DNA of 64,000 nt from Thermoplasmatota archaeon (lineage in GTDB: Archaea; Thermoplasmatota; Thermoplasmata; Lutacidiplasmatales; JAMCUS01): positions 14,243 through 78,242 of the forward strand of contig JAMCUS010000032.1 of NCBI GenBank assembly GCA_023379385.1, read 5' to 3'. The notes under the pieces were generated by a model. The model was not told the origin of the DNA. It saw only the letters and a program-made list of their open reading frames with translations, and made no database searches. The position numbers and the translations under genes are program-made. How positions within the stretch are numbered: the stretch's first letter is position 1; the number at the start of each line of letters is the position of its first letter. Shown in pieces: positions 18,561 to 29,231 of the stretch.

Positions 18561-19567
18561 AAGCTTCTTTCAATGGATTTTTCAGCTATAAGCCTCAGAA
18601 TCTCCATATATTTTTTATCCTTTATCACAGACAGCTCTCTGATAACCTTATCCACGTATTGATGTGCAATATCCATAGCAATCTTTTCCGCACCGCTTTT
18701 CTTTATAAGATCAACAAGTTTATCCACATCCCTCTCGTCTTTATTCTTTTTAATAAATATTTTTATAAACTCCTCTTTATCCTTTGAATCAAGCTGCTGA
18801 ATAGCAATAAGACTCATTATTGTATGATTGCCTGTTTTCAGGTCTGTATATCTTTTTTTACCAATAACCTCCTCTGTTCCATAAATATCCAGAATATCAT
18901 CCTTTATCTGAAATGCTATGCCCAGGTTGAGTCCGTATCGTTCCATGGCATCTGTAACCTCCGTGCTCATGTCAAGCACCATTGCTGCACTTCTGCTAAC
19001 AGCAGCTATTGCTGAAGCTGTTTTCCTGGTAACTATATTTATATATTCATTAACATTCATATTTTCTTTATATCTGTATTTACTTTCTATAACCTCTCCT
19101 TCAGCAAGGTCTATGCATGCTTTTGCCACCATAAGCATTATACCTCGCTTATAGGTAGTTGCAAGTTCAAATGCCTTTACAAAAAGAAAATCACCTGTTA
19201 CAATAGCATACGGCATGCTGAATTGTTCAACAACCGACGGGCGACCTCTTCTTAAAGGTGCATTATCAATTATATCATCATGGATTAAAGTGGCTGTATG
19301 GACCATCTCTATGGAGGCTGCTAAAGGTATAATTTCATTAAAATTTGAACCTCCCAGAGCTCTGTAAATTGTGAACAGAAGCAGTGGTCTCAGCCTCTTC
19401 CCACCTGATTTTATAGAATATACAGCACTTTCTGTTAAGGCGGTATTGTTTTCAGAGGCTATTTCAGTTAAAAAAGGCTCCAGATGTTCCAGAGCTTCAA
19501 AAATGCTTTTATCAATCATTTCAACTGGCAGGTCTACATATTTGTCAATCGTATTCGTAACCACCAT
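18557..19567 (-). CDS. Polyprenyl diphosphate synthase (GGPP/longer-chain)
   Basis: GGKRLRP, LIHDDIID...RRG, FQIKDDILD. Confidence 0.93.
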   Translation of the reverse strand: MVVTNTIDKYVDLPVEMIDKSIFEALEHLEPFLTEIASENNTALTESAVYSIKSGGKRLRPLLLFTIYRALGGSNFNEIIPLAASIEMVHTATLIHDDIIDNAPLRRGRPSVVEQFSMPYAIVTGDFLFVKAFELATTYKRGIMLMVAKACIDLAEGEVIESKYRYKENMNVNEYINIVTRKTASAIAAVSRSAAMVLDMSTEVTDAMERYGLNLGIAFQIKDDILDIYGTEEVIGKKRYTDLKTGNHTIMSLIAIQQLDSKDKEEFIKIFIKKNKDERDVDKLVDLIKKSGAEKIAMDIAHQYVDKVIRELSVIKDKKYMEILRLIAEKSIERSF

Positions 19568-19765
19568 ACATCACATCCAACTGCAGATTCCGTAAAGGAT
19601 TAATTCTATTTAAACATATATTTTTCTTTACTCAATTTTTGCAGTGGCTAATGACTGTACAACCTGTAACGCTTTGTGGTCAAAATTATTGATGTTTTTA
19701 ATATACCCAAATTTGGGCCATAATCATATATAAATATCATAACATACATTGTATATTGTATCGTA

Positions 19766-20497
19766 ATGTCTGAATATACTATCAAAATGGATGATGTTTC
19801 TAAAGTTTATGAAAAGAAATACGCTTTAAAGAATGTTAATCTTGAATTCAAATCAGGCAGGATATATGGTATTTTAGGCACGAACGGTGCAGGTAAGAGT
19901 ACACTCCTTAAATTGATATATGGTATTACATCCATAACAACAGGCAGGATATACCTCAATGAAAAACTCATTAACAAAGAACGAAATGTTATGAAAAAAA
20001 TGGCTGGTTATTTACCAGAATTGCCACTGCTGAATGATTACCTGACAGTAGACGAAACAATAACAGGAACGCTGAGGTTAAGGGGATACACATATGAAAA
20101 AAGTGGAGAGGTAACCGACCTTTTTTTAAAATGGATAAATTTAGGGAATTTTAGAGATGAACTTATCGTTAACTGTTCCAAAGGAATAAAACAGAAAGTA
20201 GCATTTGGCATTGCTACACTTCATAACCCAGCAATTTTTCTTCTGGATGAACCTTTCATGGGGCTGGACCCACCAACCACATTTTTGATCAAGAAATGGT
20301 TAGTAGATATGAAGAGTAATAGTAAAATTATAATTATAACCACACATATAGCCTCTGTTGTAGAGGAGATAGCAGATACAATCATCATACTTAACAACGG
20401 AAAGGTGATAAAAACCGGGACCTTATCCGATTTATTATCAATGAAAATTGCCAGAAACCTTGAAGAGGTTTTGTTTAACATGAACACTGACTACTGA
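19766..20497 (+). CDS. ABC transporter ATP-binding protein (no adjacent permease)
   Basis: GTNGAGKST, CSKGIKQK signature, LLDEPF, H-loop TTH. Confidence 0.9.
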   Translation: MSEYTIKMDDVSKVYEKKYALKNVNLEFKSGRIYGILGTNGAGKSTLLKLIYGITSITTGRIYLNEKLINKERNVMKKMAGYLPELPLLNDYLTVDETITGTLRLRGYTYEKSGEVTDLFLKWINLGNFRDELIVNCSKGIKQKVAFGIATLHNPAIFLLDEPFMGLDPPTTFLIKKWLVDMKSNSKIIIITTHIASVVEEIADTIIILNNGKVIKTGTLSDLLSMKIARNLEEVLFNMNTDY

Positions 20498-20546
20498 TTT
20501 TACATCTGTTCTGACAAAGATTTCCATAGGCTGAATTTTATCCAAA

Positions 20547-20963
20547 TTATCCAAAATTAGCCATGTCGGGTGAGAACTTGTATCCATAATAGATCATACC
20601 TGATTTGCCATCCTCTCCTATTTTTCTGAATACCATGCGTACAGGCATTCCTATGTATACCTTTGTATTGTCATCAATATCTACAACCTGTGCCGTAATG
20701 CTTATTCCTTCTTCCAGCTTTATCATTGCTATAACATACGGTATCTGCATTTCAAATCCTGTTAATCCTTCGTGAACATAGGTAAAAGCATCTATAACGC
20801 CATTTCCAGATAAATTAAAGTTATCAATGTTATTGATCGATAAACTTTTACACGATGGGCATACAGATCTTTTAGGAAAGAATAATCTGTTGCATCTACC
20901 ACATTTAGATCCCTGCAGCATGTATCTGCTCTTTGCTTCTCTCCAGTATCTTGACACGCTCAT
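20547..20963 (-). CDS. DUF35 Zn-ribbon/OB-fold scaffold of the thiolase/HMG-CoA synthase complex
   Basis: CGRC...FPKRSVCPSC, VRMVFRK...G.IYYGYKF; operon position. Confidence 0.92.
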   Translation of the reverse strand: MSVSRYWREAKSRYMLQGSKCGRCNRLFFPKRSVCPSCKSLSINNIDNFNLSGNGVIDAFTYVHEGLTGFEMQIPYVIAMIKLEEGISITAQVVDIDDNTKVYIGMPVRMVFRKIGEDGKSGMIYYGYKFSPDMANFG

Positions 20964-20976
20964 AATTCAACACCTC

Positions 20977-22146
20977 TTAATTTACCCTCTTCAATATATT
21001 TATTACCGATACAGAGCCTATACCACCTATAGTATGTGTAAGCCCTATTTCAGCACCATTCACAGTTCTTTTTTCAGCTCTACCGGTAAGCTGCTTAACG
21101 ATTTCTACTATCTGTGCGATTCCTACAGCACCATAAGGCTGACCATGTGCTTTCAAACCGCCAGATGTATTTATGCTAGGTTTATCCCCTATTCTGTACC
21201 TACCATTCAAAAGCTCTTTGCCCGCTTCACCCTTTTTAGTAATATTCAGATCTTCTATGGCAATAATTTCTGAAATTGTGTAGTTATCATTAAGCTCTAC
21301 CAGATCCAGCTGTGATGACCCAATTCCAGCAAGATCATATGCCTTTTTAGACGCCAGTATTGTTGAGTCAAAGGTGCATATATCCCTTCTGTGAAAGAGG
21401 GTTGCAGTATCTGTGGAGATTGTAGATGCCTGAATCTTTATCGGTGTATCTGTAAATTTTCTGGCTATATCAAGCGGTGCTAGAATTACAGTGGCTGCAC
21501 CGTCTGATAAAGGTGCGCAATCCAGCATTCCGAGGGGAGTGGATACAGGAGGTGATTTTAAAACGGCCTCCACTGTAATTTTATTCTGAAAATGTGCTGT
21601 GCTGTTCATTGAACCATGGTAGTGATTCTTTACTGCAACCTCAGCCATGGCTTCTCTTTTTGTGTTATAGGTGTTCATATGCTTGTTGGCTATGAGTGCA
21701 TACTGAGATGCCTGTGTAACTCCAAAAAAGGTTTCCCATTCCTGATCTGATGTGCTACTGGTTATATCCCTGGCGACATCTTCACTCACGTCTGTAAGTT
21801 TTTCTGCACCGCCCACAACAACAATATTGTAATATCCAGATGCAACAGCCAGATATGCCTGATGAAATGCCAGTGCACCGGATGCCTCTCCTGCCTCAAT
21901 ACGTATGGAGGGTATATGATCACTGGAAAGGCCAGCATAGTCAAGCAGTATTGGTGATACATGCTCCTGTTTTATCAGACTACCAGATGCCATTGTACCT
22001 ATATATAATGCATTTATATCATTTGAAGTTATTTTAGCATCATTGATCGCTTTAAGACCTGCCTCTATACCGATATCCCTGAACGATCGGTCCCAGAGTT
22101 CACCGAACTTTGTTTCGCCTATGCCTATAATAGCAACCTCTCTCAT
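20977..22146 (-). CDS. Thiolase-family protein (archaeal acetoacetyl-CoA thiolase homologue) with substituted catalytic residues
   Basis: MREVAIIGIGETKFGELW, VGGAEK, VAVKNH, DCAPLSDGAA, INTSGGLKA; active-site motifs read EAGEASG, NDNY and GQP. Confidence 0.88.
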   Translation of the reverse strand: MREVAIIGIGETKFGELWDRSFRDIGIEAGLKAINDAKITSNDINALYIGTMASGSLIKQEHVSPILLDYAGLSSDHIPSIRIEAGEASGALAFHQAYLAVASGYYNIVVVGGAEKLTDVSEDVARDITSSTSDQEWETFFGVTQASQYALIANKHMNTYNTKREAMAEVAVKNHYHGSMNSTAHFQNKITVEAVLKSPPVSTPLGMLDCAPLSDGAATVILAPLDIARKFTDTPIKIQASTISTDTATLFHRRDICTFDSTILASKKAYDLAGIGSSQLDLVELNDNYTISEIIAIEDLNITKKGEAGKELLNGRYRIGDKPSINTSGGLKAHGQPYGAVGIAQIVEIVKQLTGRAEKRTVNGAEIGLTHTIGGIGSVSVINILKRVN

Positions 22147-22148
22147 CT

Positions 22149-23198
22149 TTAACCATCTCCTAAAATAATTTTGTTCCTGAATTTTGCATAAATTGAATAA
22201 TCAATATAAACAGAACGTTCCACGAGCCATTTTACCGACGGGGCTTTCTCTTTATGGAAGCTATTTATTTCTTCTGTTACAGTTATATCAAAACCATCGC
22301 ACCCCGCACCTGAACCGAATCCTATAACGAATATTCTATCACCTGGCTTTGCTATATCAAGAACTGCAGAGGTTCCTAACATAACCGCACCAGAGTAGGT
22401 ATTGCCTATATATGGTGTCAGCAGACCCACTGTAATCTGTTCATCTCTGAATCCCAACATTTTCGCTGCTCTGTAAGGGAATTTACCATTTGGCTGATGC
22501 AGAACCACATAGTTATAATCTTCAGGTTTTGTATTCTGATGCTTAAACACCATATTGCTACATGCAATTATATGCTTGAAATATGCTGGCTCACCTGTAA
22601 AACGACCACCATGCCTGGGATATTTCTGACCTTCCCTTCTCCAGAAATCAGGAGTATCTGTTGTATATGAGCAGGTATAATTTATATCTGCAATGACATG
22701 CTCATCCCCTATAATAAATGCAGCACCTCCTGCAGAAGCCGAGTATTCCAGCGGATCTCCGGGGGATCCCTGTGAGGTATCAGATCCTATTGCCATGCAG
22801 TAATTATACATCTTTGATTTGACAAGCCCCATAGATATCTGTATAGCAGCAGTACCTGCTTTACATGCAAATTCAAGATCTGCAGCGGTCATATACGGAG
22901 TAATATCAAGAGCTTCAGCTACAATTGTTGCAGTGGGCTTTACGGCGTAGGGATGTGATTCCGAACCAACGTATACAGCTCCTATCTCCGATGATTTTAT
23001 GTTTACTCTGTTCATAGCAGCTTTGGCAGCCTCTGTTGATATCGTTGCGGTATCTTCATCAGGTGCTGGAACTGATTTGGAGTTTATATTTAGACTCTTT
23101 CCGTATGCTTCTCCATTGATGCCCCATACCCTACCGATCTCTGCAGGTCTTATTCTATATTTTGGGATGTATGCCCCATAACTTACTATTCCAACCAT
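22149..23198 (-). CDS. Hydroxymethylglutaryl-CoA synthase (archaeal)
   Basis: [22 protein letters not shown] (catalytic Cys), [21 protein letters not shown]. Confidence 0.96.
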   Translation of the reverse strand: MVGIVSYGAYIPKYRIRPAEIGRVWGINGEAYGKSLNINSKSVPAPDEDTATISTEAAKAAMNRVNIKSSEIGAVYVGSESHPYAVKPTATIVAEALDITPYMTAADLEFACKAGTAAIQISMGLVKSKMYNYCMAIGSDTSQGSPGDPLEYSASAGGAAFIIGDEHVIADINYTCSYTTDTPDFWRREGQKYPRHGGRFTGEPAYFKHIIACSNMVFKHQNTKPEDYNYVVLHQPNGKFPYRAAKMLGFRDEQITVGLLTPYIGNTYSGAVMLGTSAVLDIAKPGDRIFVIGFGSGAGCDGFDITVTEEINSFHKEKAPSVKWLVERSVYIDYSIYAKFRNKIILGDG

Positions 23199-23199
23199 A

Positions 23200-23859
23200 T
23201 TATACCAACTTCCTTAATCTTTTCATTAGCTCAGTTTTATCAAGATAGGTAACAATTAGAGGTATGTCCTCCAGCGTTGCAAGCTTGATAGACAACTTGT
23301 CAACCTTTTTAGGAGAAACGTATACAATGGCACCAGGCTTGAACGGATGAACCCTGACAGCAATCATTGGTGATCTTCCGTACTCAACACCTGTAAAAAT
23401 AAGCATACGTTGGGTTGTTTTGCCATATATTTCAAAAAAATTTATCCAGTTGAGTTCAATTATGGCTTTTATACTATCCACAACAGAATATCCAAAGATA
23501 TATTTCCTGGGGGTGTTGTAGAGATATTTGCCGTCAATAATATTGACCACATCGTCAACAGGCATAAATTCGTGAAACTCGTTTCTATCGTATATAGATG
23601 ATGGTAAATTATTATTTTTAGTTTTGATTCTGATATCTTTTACATTTCCAAATGCTGCTATAAACCTCTTTATTGTATCCATTTTTGGATTTCTTCTGCC
23701 TCTTTCGTAATCTGATATTACAGTTCTGCTGACTTTCATAGATTCTGCCAGTTCTATCTGGGATATGTTAAAAAGTTCCCTCCATTTCCTAATAGCCTTT
23801 CCTGGATCGGATGATAAGGTTATATCTCCGGCTATCTCCAACATGAGCTCGTTATCCAT
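23200..23859 (-). CDS. Conserved archaeal XRE-family HTH regulator associated with HMG-CoA synthase
   Basis: [28 protein letters not shown]...[18 protein letters not shown]. Confidence 0.9.
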   Translation of the reverse strand: MDNELMLEIAGDITLSSDPGKAIRKWRELFNISQIELAESMKVSRTVISDYERGRRNPKMDTIKRFIAAFGNVKDIRIKTKNNNLPSSIYDRNEFHEFMPVDDVVNIIDGKYLYNTPRKYIFGYSVVDSIKAIIELNWINFFEIYGKTTQRMLIFTGVEYGRSPMIAVRVHPFKPGAIVYVSPKKVDKLSIKLATLEDIPLIVTYLDKTELMKRLRKLV

Positions 23860-24002
23860 ACGCTGTATAAATAATTACTACTATTTAAGAATGTCTACAT
23901 CTATGTTAGACATTTTATTGTCCATAATTATCGGACAGGTACTATAGTTGCAAAATTATATCAAAGAAAAAAAGATATATTCCAAACGGGTTTTGATATA
24001 AC

Positions 24003-24899
24003 ATGGAAGTTGTATTTTTAGGAACGGGTGGTAGTTATCCCTCCAAAAAAAGAAATGTGCCTGCCATAGTGGTAAAGGGGTACGGAAGTGGGCTTATGCT
24101 GCTGGATTGTGGAGAGGGAACCCAGCGACAGATAATGAATGCTGGTCTGAGCTTTATGAAAATAAACAATATTTTTATTACACATCTGCACGGGGACCAT
24201 TATCTGGGACTTCAGGGTCTCCTTCAGACCATGGCATTAAATAATCGTACAAATGAACTTTCAATATATGGCCCGGAAGGGATTGAATATATTGGAAATT
24301 TTATTATGAAGACAGGTTCCTGGAACCCTGGATACAAGGTATCATTTAATACTATAAAAAAAGATTTCAATAATGATTTTGGAAATCTTATCGTAAGTGT
24401 AGAACATGGAACGCATCTTATTACAGATTTTGCGTATAAAATAAAAGAGATGGATAGAAGAGGGAGTTTCAATAAAAAAATAACAGAACAACTTAATATA
24501 AAAGGCAAAGATTTCTCTGTTCTGGAAAGGAATGGTTTTATAGTAAAAAATAACAGAAAAATATATTTAAATGAGGTTACAGGTGAAATTAAAAAAGGAA
24601 AATCAATTGTATACACTGGAGATACAGCACCCTCTGACAAAATTGCTGAATTTTCTAAAAATGTTAATCTGCTTATTCATGATTCAACTGTAACATCAGA
24701 CCTTGAAGGTAAGGCCAATCAGTATGGTCATAGCAGTTCAGCACAGGCTGCTATGATTGCAAAAGCTGGCAATGTTGATAAACTTGTACTGACACACATA
24801 AGCCCCAGATATGAAGATACAGAACATATGCTTCAGGAAGCTAAAAACATCTTTCCAGAAAGTTATATTGCAGAGGATTTCTGGAGACTGAAGGTTTAG
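24003..24899 (+). CDS. rnz: Ribonuclease Z
   Basis: FLGTGG..P...RN, DCGEGTQ, THLHGDH, YTGDT, HDST, GHSS, LTHISPRY. Confidence 0.95.
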   Translation: MEVVFLGTGGSYPSKKRNVPAIVVKGYGSGLMLLDCGEGTQRQIMNAGLSFMKINNIFITHLHGDHYLGLQGLLQTMALNNRTNELSIYGPEGIEYIGNFIMKTGSWNPGYKVSFNTIKKDFNNDFGNLIVSVEHGTHLITDFAYKIKEMDRRGSFNKKITEQLNIKGKDFSVLERNGFIVKNNRKIYLNEVTGEIKKGKSIVYTGDTAPSDKIAEFSKNVNLLIHDSTVTSDLEGKANQYGHSSSAQAAMIAKAGNVDKLVLTHISPRYEDTEHMLQEAKNIFPESYIAEDFWRLKV

Positions 24900-25080
24900 G
24901 GAATAATAATAGTTATAGTTTAATTAAAGATAGTTACCATTACAATAAATAGGTTACTTACATTAAATTTAACTCTGTGTACTGGAAGACATCTTTCATA
25001 AGATAAGGGATGAAAGCGAGTAAAAAGTTTTTATAACGATATAGATGAGCACAACAATATATAAATAGTATAATATGCAA

Positions 25081-25133
25081 ATGGGAGCGATGAAGCAGGA
25101 AGCCATACCAGTGTAAGGGCCGGGGTAGTTCAC
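25081..25133 (+). mobile_element. Orphan IS200/IS605 (TnpB element) right-end remnant
   Basis: gatgaagcaggaagcc...gtaagggccggggtagttcac; shares gtaagg(g)c(c)ggggtagttcac with 2032-2050. Confidence 0.55.
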
Positions 25134-25190
25134 TATAAACTTTGAAATTTCCACTGTAAATGGTGTCTACACTAACTTTTTTAATCAGAA

Positions 25191-25628
25191 TTGTCATTAC
25201 ATGATATTATGGATAATAAAAACAGAGATATCATCAAAACCAATAAAATCAATAAAAAAAAGATAAAGGTTGTTGTAAAAAAACCATTTATAAGCACCAA
25301 TAAATTTAATCTAACGTCTGCTTTAGTTTTCTTTTTTTCTGTTATAATAGTGTATATAATAACAGCTGATAAACCAGTTGCGTTGATAGTATCCATATTT
25401 GTAACAGCTATATTTTATATTTACTTAATAAAAAAACAGATGAAAAGCGTGAGGGTTATCGTTAATGGAGAGTCAGATGCGTTTAATAAAGAGATTTCTC
25501 AATTGGCAACACTCTACATACGAAATAAAATTGAAAAAGAATTATTTCTGTTAAAATACAGTGACGAAAGAAGAGATATTGCGGAATATGTTGTTATGGT
25601 AATCAATGAGGTCAATACGTTTTTGTAA
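25191..25628 (+). CDS. Hypothetical membrane protein (start may be ATG ~25209)
   Basis: Lys-rich N-terminus, two TM helices, helical C-terminus. Confidence 0.55.
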   Translation: MSLHDIMDNKNRDIIKTNKINKKKIKVVVKKPFISTNKFNLTSALVFFFSVIIVYIITADKPVALIVSIFVTAIFYIYLIKKQMKSVRVIVNGESDAFNKEISQLATLYIRNKIEKELFLLKYSDERRDIAEYVVMVINEVNTFL

Positions 25629-25680
25629 TAATTCAACATATTATAAAAAACATGCATTGAAATCGTGGTCAAACATATCA

Positions 25681-26460
25681 TCATTTTTGGTTGATTATGA
25701 CAACCACACTGACGTCATCATCTCCTTCCTTTTCAATAACTGAGGAAATAAGTACCTTGCATAATACCTCAGGTAAATCATCTTTTTTAAGTATTGCCTC
25801 AATTTCATCATTGGTCAGTACATCATGCAATCCATCTGTACAAAAAAGGATTTTAGATGAATCCTCTAACTTTATATTATAGTGTGTTATTTTCTCCAGT
25901 TTATCATTTCCTATATAATTCGTTAATAAAACATGTGCTGGATGCTTTCTCTCATCGCTTACTAATATTTCTCCGCTTTCTACCAGTTCATGAGCTTTTG
26001 TCTGATCCACGGTAATCTGTTTAAAACCAGTACTGCTGAGATAGTATATTCTAGAATCCCCTACATGAGCAATATGCATAACATCGTCTACAATGAACCC
26101 CATCGTAACTGTTGCACCCATACCGGTATATTCTGCTCTTTTATTGGCTAATTCTAATATTTTAGCATTGGCTAAGTTTATACCTCTTTCCAATAATTCA
26201 TAAATAGATCCTTTCTCAATATCCATTGCATGTAATTGTAATAACGACGGTGCATACCTGCTAACGGTAGAACTGGCAACTTCACCTGCGTTATGTCCAC
26301 CCATACCGTCAGATATTATGGCAAGAAGCCATTCATTGGTACCTTTATAGTTAATATAAGATCCTTTCTGGACCTGTATAGCATCCTCATTATGTAGTCT
26401 GGCAGCACCTTTCTTGCTTAAAATTGCGTATTGATACATATTTTCACATACTCTGCTCAA
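25681..26460 (-). CDS. PP2C/PPM-family Ser/Thr protein phosphatase (ATG start probably 26439)
   Basis: NEDA, SDGMGGHNAGEVAS, MGAT, HVGDSRIY, CTDGL, GDDDVS. Confidence 0.93.
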   Translation of the reverse strand: MSRVCENMYQYAILSKKGAARLHNEDAIQVQKGSYINYKGTNEWLLAIISDGMGGHNAGEVASSTVSRYAPSLLQLHAMDIEKGSIYELLERGINLANAKILELANKRAEYTGMGATVTMGFIVDDVMHIAHVGDSRIYYLSSTGFKQITVDQTKAHELVESGEILVSDERKHPAHVLLTNYIGNDKLEKITHYNIKLEDSSKILFCTDGLHDVLTNDEIEAILKKDDLPEVLCKVLISSVIEKEGDDDVSVVVIINQK

Positions 26461-26506
26461 TTACACTTCAACTATCAATGATGTATAGATGCTGCCTTCT
26501 TACACG

Positions 26507-27166
26507 TCATACGGTTTTGTTCAGATCCTTTTCAACAAACTCCTTTATTGTTTTGTATGTACTTACCATTGTAAATTCAGGTATTGAAGATGCAAGTATT
26601 GATATGATCTTTTCTTTCATCTCTCTCTTCTCAGTCTCCATATCCGTTAGCTGTGTATACATGTCTACTAAATTTTTGGGAATATCACCAGGTTTGAGCA
26701 GTGTCTTTTTCATCTCCTCCGGCCTGGACTTCAATGCAGCCATTACAACCGATTTAACCTCAAATCTGTTCAGATTCTCAAAGAATATGTGTATTACTTC
26801 ATAAAACCTGAGATCAATCCATAAATCCGTTAATTCAGATATCTTGTTATTCATTTGTAGTTTGGTAGATGCTATTTCAAGTTCACCTGCCTGGCTCTTT
26901 CCCATCTCCAGTCTTGGTATCTCTTCGTATCTCAATATGTAGATGTCAGTACGGCATTTCACAAGCTCTTTCTCAATATCACTTATCATTATGTCAGAGA
27001 AGCTTTTGTTCATTTTCTTCTTGAAAAATTTATCATACGTTAACCACAACAACCCGAAAACAGTGGTTATTGGAACTCCAGGTATAATGTTTGCAAATTT
27101 GAATACGTTTGATATACTGGACCCTGCATTCATTGCAAAGTCTGTATCCAGATCTTCTATATCCAT
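26507..27166 (-). CDS. Hypothetical alpha-helical protein of the GTPase/kinase island
   Basis: 219 aa, overlaps the upstream gene by 10 nt, GGAGGTG RBS, one hydrophobic stretch near the N-terminus. Confidence 0.7.
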   Translation of the reverse strand: MDIEDLDTDFAMNAGSSISNVFKFANIIPGVPITTVFGLLWLTYDKFFKKKMNKSFSDIMISDIEKELVKCRTDIYILRYEEIPRLEMGKSQAGELEIASTKLQMNNKISELTDLWIDLRFYEVIHIFFENLNRFEVKSVVMAALKSRPEEMKKTLLKPGDIPKNLVDMYTQLTDMETEKREMKEKIISILASSIPEFTMVSTYKTIKEFVEKDLNKTV

Positions 27167-29106
27167 TTTACCACCTCCACCATGTCTTTTCTCTGCATTA
27201 CCTTGCCCAGTTCAGGACTGCTGTATACAATTTTTCCCTCTCCGCTCCTTACCAGAATATCAAATACTCTATCGTAGGTTCTTTCGTTGTGGCCTTCTGT
27301 ATGATATTTCGCTTTAAGCATTCTTGTGGATATCTGCCCATCTACAAATCTGTACATCATCTCTTTTGCATCTCTTACAATGCGGTAGAGCCTCTCATCA
27401 TATGCTTCAGTATGGAAAAATGGTAAATAACGTTCTGCATGTGGATCCCTGCTGTTATAGATCAATTTACCCTTTGTTGCCAGATAAGGTACGCAAAATG
27501 GATTTGAATGATAGTTATTTATGTACTGTATTGCCTCCTGGTCAAATCCTGTTGGTGAGTTGATACAGATCACACAGGTGTATTTATCTGCTGAGGCAGA
27601 TCTATATGCCTGGTCTATCATCCCAGTGACAGAATTGAATTCTGTGGGTATGTTGTCATATCCCCTGCTTTTAAGTAGGTCCAGATGCGAGTTGTTTACA
27701 CCCACTAACACCAGCTTGTTAGTTCTCCATGATTTAACAGTGCCTCTAATTATTCTATTCTGGGGCAACCCTTCATAGGAGGATGTATTATTCGCTGTTG
27801 ATACATCTGCAATCTCTATTGACGAGGTGATTCCTATTTTAATCTGTTTCTCTTCATTATCTGCATAATAAAAATACTCTTTCGCTCTCTCCATGTTATG
27901 CTTCAGTGATAGAATGAACTCATCTTCCAGCATCTTCGCCTCCTCTCTCTTCACGGCAGTGCCCTCTCTTAACCCATGCAGAAGATTCTCCTTTTCTTCT
28001 TGACTCTTTCTGATCTCATCATTCATTAATTTTAGATCCTCTTCTCTTCTTAACTCTTCTTCCTTAAGTCTGGCACTGAGCATGGATACCTCCTCCTCCA
28101 TTGCTATTCTCTGTCTTTCCTTCTCCTCCCATTCCTTCTGAAGCATGCTTTTCACCATCTCATTGTTTGCATTCTCTTCCGCTATTCTGTTCTTCTCTTT
28201 TTCCAGTTCATCGTACCTCTTTTTCTGTTCTTCCAGCTCATTCAGAGTATTCTTCAGAGATTCCATGTAATCATTGCTCATTTTAGAAAGCCCTTCTCTG
28301 AACTTATCAACGTTTTCTGTGAGGGAGGCATTATATCTGTCTCGTTCCTGTCTTAGCTCTTCATATCGCTTCTCCAGCTCCTGTGTACGTTCACCGATGA
28401 TACTCTCTATCTCCTCCTGTATATCATCACCGTCATCATCCAGTTGATTTATCTCATCCCATGCATTGGTCAGTTCCACAAGGCTTTTCCCAAGGTTGCT
28501 CTTCATGTAGTCAAGCACTATTGAATCCATCTTTTTTGTGATGGTATTTATCATACCCTCAAAATATTTATTGGGAATACTCTGCATGAACTTATTGAAA
28601 AATTCCTCGGGTTTCCATATGTATTCCTTTATGAAGTTAATCTGTGACACATTACTCGTGGCTTCATTGAACATTCTTAGTAAGGTTTCTCTATCCAGAT
28701 GAGAAATGTTCCAGAACCACTCTATTTTTGTGTACAGTTCATACAGCTCTTTTTCATCAACAGTCTGGTCACTTTCGTCGTCAAGGTGATATCTGCTCCT
28801 TACTGAATCACTGAAAATATATTCATCATCGTCCTCCTGGTCGTTAGAAGTTGTGTTCAATTTTTTGCTGTATTCCGCTACATCCAGAAGGAAATAGGCT
28901 GCAAACAGATCATCTTCCAGTTCATGTCTGCGATCATAGTCGTGAATGCTATCAACATATGCGTTGTACACTTCTTCGTTGTTCTTTATATTGCTGTAAA
29001 GGTTTTCAAGGTTCTCAAGAGATTCACGTTCCAGTGTACCCAGTCTACCTCTCAATATTCTATTCACAATATTCACCACTTCAGGGTTATTTCCATTTAC
29101 CACCAT
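27157..29106 (-). CDS. Coiled-coil protein with a C-terminal alpha/beta domain shared with the neighbouring gene
   Basis: Residues ~225-385 are E/K/R heptads; C-terminal VICINSPTGFDQEAIQYI; GAGGTGA RBS. Confidence 0.75.
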   Translation of the reverse strand: MVVNGNNPEVVNIVNRILRGRLGTLERESLENLENLYSNIKNNEEVYNAYVDSIHDYDRRHELEDDLFAAYFLLDVAEYSKKLNTTSNDQEDDDEYIFSDSVRSRYHLDDESDQTVDEKELYELYTKIEWFWNISHLDRETLLRMFNEATSNVSQINFIKEYIWKPEEFFNKFMQSIPNKYFEGMINTITKKMDSIVLDYMKSNLGKSLVELTNAWDEINQLDDDGDDIQEEIESIIGERTQELEKRYEELRQERDRYNASLTENVDKFREGLSKMSNDYMESLKNTLNELEEQKKRYDELEKEKNRIAEENANNEMVKSMLQKEWEEKERQRIAMEEEVSMLSARLKEEELRREEDLKLMNDEIRKSQEEKENLLHGLREGTAVKREEAKMLEDEFILSLKHNMERAKEYFYYADNEEKQIKIGITSSIEIADVSTANNTSSYEGLPQNRIIRGTVKSWRTNKLVLVGVNNSHLDLLKSRGYDNIPTEFNSVTGMIDQAYRSASADKYTCVICINSPTGFDQEAIQYINNYHSNPFCVPYLATKGKLIYNSRDPHAERYLPFFHTEAYDERLYRIVRDAKEMMYRFVDGQISTRMLKAKYHTEGHNERTYDRVFDILVRSGEGKIVYSSPELGKVMQRKDMVEVVKWI

Positions 29107-29231
29107 ATCATCACCTCTTCATCTATTTTTACCGTCCATTTTTTCACATTATAAACATTTTAATATAATTTCTTTCTTGCAGGGGTCTGAATTCCTTCTG
29201 TAAATTCAGAATAGTCATCTATTTCCCACAT

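Noticed and set aside
27157-29106. SMC/Rad50 or coalescin-like ATPase
   Set aside because: A coiled coil is present but no Walker A, signature or Walker B motifs were found.
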